Origin: Octopus vulgaris
Taxonomy: Eukaryota
Reading direction: 5' to 3'
Assembly (NCBI GenBank): GCA_951406725.2
Contig: OX597817.1
Span: 161,138,001-161,202,000, forward strand
DNA: 64,000 bases
Program-made: the position numbers and the translations under genes
Part shown: positions 54,059 to 64,000 of the stretch, one piece after another
How the letters are laid out: each line of letters opens with the position of its first letter
How positions within the stretch are numbered: position 1 is the stretch's first letter
Notes under the pieces: model-generated
Told to the model about the DNA's origin: nothing
The model's database searches: none
What the model saw: the letters and a program-made list of their open reading frames with translations, nothing else

Positions 54059-54482
54059 TGGTATACACTGGAAAAGAAGAGACATATGCATAGCATACAA
54101 AGGTGAAAAAATAAAAAATAAAGCACTTAATCTTTTCTGATGGGCCTTCACCTCAACTCTGTGCAAAATGTTATCTTCTTCATATCAGGGTGTCATACCC
54201 ACCCTGCCCACCCTCCATTAGTTGTAAGTATAAGCTTTATTTCCCATCTGTTTCATGCTTGTATAGATCATCACTAATCTATACATTCTAGTGGCTATCT
54301 ATCCTACATTAGCAGTAGTCATGCACATTTCTCAGGGGTCAATAACTTAAGTGTCGGTAATATACTGATATACTCTTGCTCTTAATAACAATTCACTCTT
54401 TCACAAAATATAATCGTGTTAAAACATTGATATACAGTTTCCATCCATTTGCCTCTGTAACTCTCTCTCTCTTTCTCTCTAA

Positions 54483-54514
<32 letters not shown>

Positions 54515-55695
54515 GTGGCTGTATAGTGGCTGTGTGATAAGTAGCTTGCTTACCAACCACATGATTCCGGGTTCAGTCCCACTGTGTGGTACCTTGGGCA
54601 AATGTCTTCTACTTTAGCCTTGGGCCGACCAAAGCCTTCTAAGTGGATTTGGTAGATGGAAACTGAAAGAAGCCCATTGTATGTATATATGTATGTGTGT
54701 ATATATATGTGTGTGTGTGTGTTTGTGTGTGTTTCTGACCCCCCACCGTTGCTTGACAACCAATGCTGGTGTGTTTACGTCCCCGTAACTTAGTGGTTCA
54801 GCAAAAGAGACCAAAAGAATAAGTACTGAGTTCTTGCCAGTTCTCAGTCAAATCGTCTAACCCATGCTAGCATGGAAAGCAGACATTAAATGATGAAGAT
54901 GATGATGATGATGATATGCACTTTGTTTTTGCATCTGGTTTGCTAGATTCTTTATGTGAATTTGTATCTAGGGAAAGTCATTATGCCAATATAATTAACA
55001 CACACACTGGATATTTAATAAATGGGGGGTATTGAACCAGTATGTGTTAATTATATTGGCTAATGACTCTCCCTAGACACAACAATGTGTGTGTGTGTGT
55101 AAAGTGGATGGTGTTAGGAAGGGCATCCAGCCATAGAAACCATCCCAAAGCAGACACTGGAACATGATGCAGTTCTCTGACTTGTCAAGTCCTGCTAAAC
55201 CCTCCATGCCAGCAGGGAAGATGAATGTCAAAAGATCGTAACAGCAGTGATGACATATATACATTTTTGTATCTTTTTTCTGTATTTAAATAGAAATGAT
55301 TGTTGGTAATCTATGGTGTAATCATCAATAAAAGATGTGATTTTTTCCATTGTTTTTCTTGTTGTTATAAAGGATGTTGCTCAGAAGAATTTCATTTCAG
55401 TGTTTTTCTCATAACCCTGATTGACAAAGACTGTATTCCTAGCTCCAGAAATGGATAGTTTATATGCTTCCGGTCTGCAGGTCTTATTGATCACTAATAT
55501 CACTAAAAGCATTATAGGTGTAAAACCAATTGTAACTCCCACACCGGCCATAACCAACAATTACATCAATATATATATATATATATATTTATATAAAGTT
55601 AATCTAAACATGAAAACGCAAAGAGAAAACACAACAACGCGAGGACGTGGAACAAATATAGTATTATTGGATGCTCAGGAAGGAAGGGAAGGAGG

Positions 55696-55730
55696 GTTTA
55701 ACGTTTCGAGCGGAGCTCTTCGTCAGAAAC
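55696..55730 (-). ncRNA. Minimal type I hammerhead ribozyme motif within an (AT)n-flanked Penelope-like remnant (~55595-55812)
   Basis: Minus strand gttt-CTGACGA-a-gagc-tcc-gctc-GAAA-cgT-T-aaac: intact core, stems I and II, palindromic ACGT stem III. Confidence 0.75.
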
Positions 55731-55824
55731 ATAGGAAAAGGAAAGATCTAGAGAAGGGAAGATGGAGGAAAAAAAAAATCGCCAACAGTACACACGTGGT
55801 CACATTTTGAAATATATATATATA

Positions 55825-56116
55825 TTATTTATGTGCCCTTTTGAAGCCTAGCCGGTTTCTGTGACGTATGTGTTTCCCCCCCCCCCCAGCTGGACGGGAC
55901 GCCAGTCCATCGCAGCATTACTCAAGAAACAGGAAGAAAGAGTGAGAGAAAGTTGGGGTGAAAGAGTACAACAGGAGTCGCCACCACCCCCTGCCGGAGC
56001 CTCATGGAGCTTTAGGTGTTTTCACTCAATAAACACACACAACACCCGGCCTGGGAATCGAAACCACGATCCTCCGATTGCGAGTCCGCTACCCTAAACA
56101 CTGGGCCATTGCGTCT

Positions 56117-56120
<4 letters not shown>
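55825..56120 (-). mobile_element. SINE with B head and family-C (V-like) tail
   Basis: B head and body joined to gcgatggactggcgtcccgtccagc..ggctaggcttcaaaagggcacat. Confidence 0.8.
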
Positions 56121-56152
<32 letters not shown>

Positions 56153-56153
<1 letters not shown>

Positions 56154-56500
56154 AATATAAATGAATAACAAAAATGTACAGGTATCAATTCATTATGGTT
56201 GTTTCAAGCAACTCCTTTAATTGATTAACAAAAACATTACGTCACTGAAAAGAAACTGTTTTTGTCAGATGACTGCATAGACTTCACATACAAAAGACAA
56301 ACCCAACCGCTTTAAGATATTTGTATCACCAACAAATATGTTAAAGCAGTTGGTTTGTCCTTTGTGTATGAAGTCTATGCAGTCATCTAACCAAAACCAT
56401 TTCTTAGCAGTGATTCAACGATTTCATTAATCAACTAAAGGAGTCCCTTGAAACGGCCGTAGTGAATTGACAGCTGAACATTTTTGTTAATCACTTATAT
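56153..56500. repeat. ~345-nt imperfect foldback with degenerate hammerhead-like 3' core
   Basis: Arms pair around ttgt-atcacc-aacaa (~56327); right arm contains ctaaagg-ag-tcc-ctt-GAAAcggccgTA. Confidence 0.8.
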
Positions 56501-56585
56501 TTTATTTAACCTACCCTAAAATCTGTACTTCAGAAATTTTATAGAAAGTATTTTTTGTATTTTTATAAGAAGTACATGTCTGAAT

Positions 56586-56843
56586 GGAGGCGCGTGGCTT
56601 AGTGGTTAGGGTGTCAGTACCAAGATTGTAAGATTGTGGTTTCGATTCCTGGACCGGGCGGCGCGTTGTGTTCTTGAGCAAAACACTTCATTTCACATTG
56701 CTCCAGTTCACTCAGCTGGCAAAAATGAGTAACACTGCGATGGACTGGCGTCCCGTCCAGCTGGAGAACACATATGCTATTGAAACCGAGAAATCGGGCC
56801 CATGAGCCTGGCTAGGCTTTAAAATGGCGCATTTATTTATTAT
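56586..56843 (+). mobile_element. SINE family C, full length
   Basis: 13-bp TSD tacatgtctgaat (56573-56585, 56844-56856). Confidence 0.9.
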
Positions 56844-57039
56844 TACATGTCTGAATTACCAACAGTGGATCTCTTCACTAGGTTGGGTTGTGTTATTTGT
56901 ATACACTGCAGGAATATGAAGTGCAAACACTTCTGCACAGAGTTTGATATTCACCTGATATTGTTTGAGTGTGCAGATTAAATTGACCTAACGAGGTGCT
57001 TCAATTGAAGTACCTAATCCAACAGAATCTTAATTATAT

Positions 57040-57785
57040 TTTGTGTGTGTGTGATAATATGTATGTATATGTGTCTATTTATGTCAGTAATTTTCATGGC
57101 GTATCAGTATTATATTAGAGTGTATGTGTGTGTATGTGTAATGTTGAATTGCTTCTGTATGTGCCTAATTACTGGTATTCTATACATCTGTTGGTTATCT
57201 TTTTCCTGTTTTTGAATTTTTCATAAATATTATTTTTCAGTGCAGCTACTCCTTCCCCTCCTCACACTAACACTCACCCCTCCTCCCCTTTATTCCACCA
57301 CCCCCTACTCCTAGCTAACCCCACCCTAAACCTTATCTAGACCACTCTACTGCAATCCCGATTATGTTTCTACCCACTTCATATATTATTGCCATTATTT
57401 GGCAAAGAATTTTTGAGTTAGAAATGGCTTGGAATGTAGAGGAGAAAGTGGACACTTCCAGTTTGTTTTCTCTGGAAATGGTAAGCTTGGGAACTGACTC
57501 TATTGAGAGAGATGATGGCAGTGGGAACAGTGAGAGAGACAGATGTTATGCGAGAGACTCTAACGATCTTGAAAGTCTTCAGTGAAGAGAATGTAATTGC
57601 AAACCAACACTGCCAAGCTAAGGAAAGTGTTTTTCCTTTTTTTTTTTTTTTTGTGTGTGTGTGATAATATGTATGTATATGTGTCTATTTATGTCAGTAA
57701 TTTTCATGGCGTATCAGTATTATATTAGAGTGTAAATGTGTGTGTATGTGTATGTGTAATGTTGAATTGCTTCTGTATGTGTATG
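57040..57785. repeat. ~120-bp direct repeat pair about 610 bp apart
   Basis: gtgataatatgtatg..ttttcatggcgtatcagtattatattagagtgta at ~57051 and ~57661. Confidence 0.85.
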
Positions 57786-57800
57786 TATGTATGTATGTAT

Positions 57801-57851
<51 letters not shown>

Positions 57852-58429
57852 TTTATATAAATATAAATATATACAATTATATGCTGTGTGTGTGTGTATA
57901 TATACACACACACATGTATGAGTGTATGTGATGTGAATTTGTGTACACTTATGTATATAGATGTCTTTATGTATATACATGTGTGTCCATATACACACAC
58001 GTATGTGTGTATGTAATGTGAATTTGTGTCTACTTTGTATTGCTGTCTTTATGTATATAGATGTGTGTGTATATGTATGTATGTATGTATATAAATACAT
58101 GTATATATAAATACATATGTGTGAATCGTAGAAAAGTGCAAGGAGAAATGGACACACATGTACACAAACAAATGTACATAGACACACACATGCATGCACA
58201 CACACACATATGCGTACATGCATATACACACATACATGCACTTCGCAACCAGCCCTATCATAGGACTGTATAAACAAGATTTTTCGTTCAGTCAATAAAA
58301 CTAGTTGTGTTGGAACTAATTGTGGTGTTCAGTGAAAAGATGGCAGATTATCTCGTCTTCAAAATGTCAAATGTCTTGAGACCACCCTCCTTCAAGTTGA
58401 GTATGTGTGTGGATGTGGATGTGTGTGTG

Positions 58430-59800
58430 TATGCATGCATGTGTGTGTATGTGTGGGGATACATAGTGTTCTTGCATGTGAGTGTATGTGTGTGCATGCA
58501 TGTGTGTGTATGTATGGGAATACATAGTGTGTGTCTGTGCATGGGTGTGTGAATGTGTATGTATGAGCATATGTATGTGTGTATGTATGCATAGGGGGGG
58601 GGGTCATGCATTTGAGTGTATGTGTGTGCATGTATGTGTATCTTGTATGTGTTTATATATTCATGTATGCGTGCGTATGTGTGTGTGTGCATGCATGTGT
58701 GTGCATGTGGGGATACATAGTGTGTGCGTTACTGTGTTTATGTGTGTGTGTGTACATGTATGTGGGAATATATAGTGTGTGTCTGTGCATGGGTGTATAA
58801 ATGTGTATGTATGAGCATATGTATGTGTATATGTATGCATAGGGATGTGTGTGGTCTTGCATTTGAGTGTATGCGTGTGCATGTATGTGTATCTTGTATG
58901 TGTTTATACATTTGTGTATGTGTGCGTATATGTGTGTATGTGCATGTGTGTGTGTGGGGGGGTATGTGTGAGTGTGTTGATGTGTGTACGTTACTGTGTT
59001 TATGTGTGTGTGTCTATATGTGAGTGTGCATGCATGTGTGTGTTTGTATGGGAATACATAGTGTATGTCTGTGCATGGGTGTGTGAATGTGTATGTATGA
59101 GCATATGTATGTGTGTATGTATGCATATGCATAGGGGGGTGTTCATGCATTTGAGTGTATGTGTGTGCATGTATGTGTATCTTGTATGTGTTTATATATT
59201 CATGTATGCGTGCATATGTGTGTGTGTGTGTGCATGCATGTGTGTGCATGTGGGGATACATAGTGTGTGCGTTACTGTGTTTATGTGTGTGTGTGTATGT
59301 GTGGGAATATATAGTGTGTGTCTGTGCATGGGTGTATAAATGTGTATGTATGAGCATATGTATGTGTATATGTATGCATAGGGATGTGTGTGGTCTTGCA
59401 TTTGAGTGTATGCGTGTGCATGTATGTGTATCTTGTATGTGTTTATACATTTGTGTATGTGTGCGTATATGTGTGGGTGTATATGTATGTGTGTGTGGGT
59501 ATGTGTGTGTGTGTTGATGTATGTGTTACCGTGTGTGTGTGTGTGCATGCATGTGTGTGTATATATGGGGATATATAGTGTGTGTCTGTGCATGGGTGTA
59601 TAAATGTGTATGTATGAGCATATGTATGTGTGTATGTATGTGTATATGTATGCATAGGGGTGTGTGTGTGTTCTTGCATTTGAATGTATGTGTGTGCATG
59701 TATGTGTATCTTGCATGTGTTTATATATTCATGTATGCGTGTGTATATATGTGTGTGTTACTGTGTTTATGTGTGTGTGTATATATGTGAGTGTGCATGT
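58430..59800. repeat. Microsatellite-derived satellite with ~540-bp dimeric higher-order period
   Basis: atagggggg anchors at 58591 and 59131; agggatgtgtgtggtcttgc at 58841 and 59380. Confidence 0.85.
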
Positions 59801-60324
59801 GTATGAATGTATGCATGTATATGTATGAGTGTGTGTGTGTGTGTGTGTGTGCTTGCTTGTATTGTTAACTGTTTGGAATACACTTCCCGCTATTACTTTT
59901 TCTCAAAGATCCACCATTTTGCCTTTATGTTTTCTTTTATGGTTTTTCTTTGTCTGTGGTGCCTGGATGCAGCCTAAACTCTTTCTCATCCTCTGACCTT
60001 TTCACAGTAATCACATGTATAGCCACCACCCCCAACCATGCGCACACACATACACAAACACACACACACACAAATATACTAACATATATATTTACACACT
60101 TATGGTGTATAAACATCTATATACACACATATACATATTTTATAAATACACACATGGCATAAACGTTTGTGTATATACAAACAGATTCACATATAAATCT
60201 GTACATAAATGTAAGTCGGTGAGCTGGGTGAGGGGAAATAAAGTAAGAATATGAATTCAATACCATTGGTTTCATATAGATTCACATAAAATTATATCAA
60301 TATATATACATATATTTAAATTTA

Positions 60325-60616
60325 AAATGAGGGTGAGAAATTGAATATTAATTTAATTAACATCAATTTAACACCAGTGGTCTAGCATATTAAAATCTGA
60401 AAGATTCAGTAAATTGTATTATATACATATGAGAAGGATGACCACTATGTGGACAACCCTTATGCTAGAGGTAGATCCACTATGGTCTTACCACTAAGAA
60501 ATGTTCTCAAGAAAAATTTTTCTTGAGAACATTTCTTAGTGGTAAGACCATAGCGGATCTACCTCTAGCATAAGGGTTGTCCACATAGTGGTCATCCCTC
60601 TCATATGTATATAATA
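60325..60616. mobile_element. (AT)n-embedded foldback element with ~100-bp near-perfect arms and no loop
   Basis: Centre aagaaaaa|tttttctt at ~60516; same family as 3930-4234. Confidence 0.7.
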
Positions 60617-61330
60617 TATATATATAGTTGTTTAATGTACAAGTATTTAGTTATTAGCTACTAATAGTTTCATACAGTGGAGATGTTTTCTAGGCAGGTT
60701 TTAATTGTAACCCTAGTGTTTCCAAGCAATCTCTGGGCTCTGATTACATGGCCTATACAAGTTAAAAGTCAGAACAATAGAACAAAAGAAATCACAAGAG
60801 ACATGAGAGGATGGTGGATATATATGTAGTGTACTGTTTCATGATGGCAATTGTGTGTGTGTGTGTAGCCCATTCTGCAGAGTCATTGGTGTTAGGAAGA
60901 GCATCCAGCTGTAAAAACCATGCCAAAACAGACAGAGAAGCATGGTGCAGGGTCCTACCTGGTCAGCTCTTGTCAAATCATCCAATCCATGCCAGCATGG
61001 GAGGAGAACATTGATGGCGATGATGATAATGATGGCATCTCAAATCATCATCATTTTAATGTCCTCTTTTCCATGTTCACATGGGTCAAGCGGAATTTAT
61101 GGAAACAGATTTTCCATGACCAGATGCTTTTCCTGTTCCCAACGCTCACCTGTTTCAAAGTAAGGTAATATTTCCCCATGGCCTGACATCATTTCATGTA
61201 GATTGGAAATGAACAACACTGCTTGCATGACGCTGCCACTTGTTTACAATTATGATGTGATGTCAAGACAAAGTGACAATAATACACACACACACACACA
61301 CAACACATACACCCATTCATATATATATAT

Positions 61331-61612
61331 ATAGGTTTAAAAGACAGAATCACCTTCAAGCCACTCAATCTTCACTGAACGACATTATCCACAATAGGTA
61401 CATTATAGGACTTAATATCAAAATTAATACCTACAATTCTTGTTCCAAATTATCAAAATTAATGAAGATTTAGTTGCTTGAGGGTGATTCTGTCTCTTAA
61501 ACCTATCTATATATATGTATATAATACAGTAAGTAATTCATTTTAGTACCACTAAATTGAACTTCTCTCCCCTGTGGACTTGGAAATAACTTCCCTAATA
61601 TTAATATTAATT
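61331..61612. mobile_element. (AT)n-embedded element with 45-bp inverted arms and ~85-bp spacer
   Basis: ataggtttaaaagacagaatcaccttcaagc..cttca / tgaag..gcttgagggtgattctgtctcttaaacctat. Confidence 0.6.
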
Positions 61613-61806
61613 ATATATATATATATATACTTACAGTGTTTAATAAAATGAAGTAGCATGAAACAATTGTACTACTCTACCTTGGATATCCTTGTTGCTT
61701 ATTTTGATTATAATCACCCCATTTGATTTATATGGATAATACCATACAAAATTCTGGTGCCTTTAACTTAAGTACCATATTCATTTGAATCTAAATTTTG
61801 CTGAAC

Positions 61807-61844
<38 letters not shown>

Positions 61845-62619
61845 ACACACACACAAAGATGACAGGCTTCTTTCAGTTTCTGTTCATCAAATCCTCTGGC
61901 AAGGCTTTGGTCAGCTCAGGGTTGTAATATAAGACATTTAAGATGCCATGAATTGGGTTTGAACTTGAAATCATGTAGCTGGGAAGCAAGCTTCTTAACC
62001 ACACACCTACGTACAAACATATATATCATACACACACACACACACACACACACTACATCACACTGAGCCCAAAAACTGCACCACACCACATATCTAGATT
62101 TATAACAAGTGTAACTCAATAAATAACTGTACTGTTGTGATGTTCATGAGTGTATTCGTAGTTGAGAGTAACTTAATCCTGTTTTATTACTCCTGTTCAC
62201 ATTGCCAGCTGTTGACTAACATTTGATAGGAACCATCTGGACACGCAAACATAGAAGTTTTGAACTTCCCTCCTTTTCTCGTTTTTTTTTTTTTTTTTTT
62301 TTTATTTCTGTATTTATTTATTTTTCTTGTGTAAAATTTTAATGTATTTATTTCTGCTGACACCAATATCTGACATTATTCAACATTAGTGTAAATGTTT
62401 GGTAGGCCTGTGAAGAAAAGCGTGTCTCTGGAGTATGCAGTATCTCTACTTTACTTAATTTCACCTGGCCACATAGTCAGATATGAACACGCACACACAC
62501 GCACGCACACACACACACACACACACACACATGCACACATACACATACACACACTCATTTATCTATCAATGTAATTGTATATTTATACATAGAACCTTAT
62601 TTTTGTTGCATTCTCAACC

Positions 62620-62665
62620 AAAACTGTCCGATGAACGGGAACATGAAACTCTGAGTAACAGTTTT
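62620..62665 (+). ncRNA. Minimal hammerhead-like motif with CCGATGA core variant
   Basis: aaaactgt-CCGATGA-acgggaacat-GAAA-ct-ctg-agTA-acagtttt; 8-bp stem I, GUA site; homologous to 16490-16535. Confidence 0.6.
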
Positions 62666-62694
62666 TGTGATGTCATTGCAGCTTTATTAATAAA

Positions 62695-62741
<47 letters not shown>

Positions 62742-62955
62742 TGTATATATATATAATTTTATTTGTAAGGGAATAAAAATTCCGGCATCACAGGGGTTCG
62801 AATTATTCTCAATGAGGAAATATACATTTTTTCATTTAGGGATAGTAGGCCCCTCCATACAACCATATAAAAGAATTTTAATTTAATTTAATACTTACTA
62901 CTTATATCTCGGCTACATATATATATACACAACCACACACACACATGTATGTGTG

Positions 62956-62993
<38 letters not shown>

Positions 62994-62996
<3 letters not shown>

Positions 62997-63396
62997 GCAG
63001 GAGTGGCTGTGTGGTAAGTAGCTTGCTAACCAACCACATGGTTCCGGGTTCAGTCCCACTGCGTGGCATCTTGGGCAAGTGTCTTCTACTTGCCCCGGGC
63101 CAACCAATGCCTTGTGAGTGGATTTGGTAGAAGGAAACTGAAAGAAGCCTGTCGTATATATGTATATATATATATGTATGTGTGTGTGTGTTTTTGTGTC
63201 TGTGTTTGTCCCCCTAGCATTGCTTGACAACCGATGCTGGTGTGTTTACGTCCCCGTCACTTAGCGGTTCGGCAAAAGATAGAATAAGTACTGGGCTTAC
63301 AAAGAATAAGTCGACTAAAGGCGGTGCTCCAGCATGGCCGCAGTCAAATGACTGAAACAAGTAAAAAGTAAAAGAGAGTAAAAGAGAGTAAAGAGT
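62994..63396 (+). mobile_element. SINE family A
   Basis: Head, internal microsatellite and gtaaaagag tail. Confidence 0.9.
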
Positions 63397-64000
63397 ATAT
63401 ATATTTATATACAAACACACATACACACATGTATGTATCTACATACATACATACATAAATACATACATACACCTATTTTATAGGTTCTTTTTATTACTTT
63501 TCAATTTTGATTTCTCCTAAGGAATTTCTTCCAATCTATCTTTATTTTGGTTACCATTCCTTGGCAGATTTAGTAGACTCACATACAAGTATGTATGAAT
63601 GTATGTATTTATGAAAATCAGATAAGTTTAAGTTTTCCAAATGTCTTCAAGTCAGAATTTAATTTCTTTTTTAGAAGGAGAAAGAGAGTGAGATAGAATG
63701 GCTAGTTTATTGAGAAACAGCCTCGCAAATTCGAAATCATCATCATCATCATTGTTTAACATCTGCTTTCCATGCTGGCATGGGTTTGACGGTTTGACTA
63801 AGGATTGGCAAGCCCAGGAGGCTGCACCAGGCTCCAATATGATCTGGCAAGGTTTTTACATCTGGAAGCCCTTCTTAACGCCAGCTACTCTGAGAATGTA
63901 GGGTGCCTTTTACATGCCACCAGCATGGGTGCCAGTCAGCCAGCACTGGCAACGACTACACTTGAATGGTGCTTTTTATGTGTCACTGGCATGGAAACCA

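Overview
AT-rich eukaryotic non-coding DNA, most likely intronic or intergenic sequence from a coleoid cephalopod (Octopus-like), inferred from the tRNA-derived SINE families and the extreme microsatellite density. I can support no host protein-coding exon; almost all ORF-track calls are translations of microsatellites or SINEs. The window is a mosaic of at least four SINE-like families with swapped modular tails, RTE-dependent short repeats, decayed LINEs (CR1-like, RTE-like, R4/Dong-like), a Tc1 relic, Merlin-, hAT- and piggyBac-like MITEs, Helitron-like elements and tandem repeats. The most notable pattern is a set of short elements, mostly embedded in (AT)n tracts, that carry minimal hammerhead-ribozyme cores and/or form long foldback palindromes. 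They resemble Penelope-like pseudo-LTR remnants from several distinct families, including a recurrent CCGATGA core variant. All coordinates and alignments were read by eye and no search or folding program was run.
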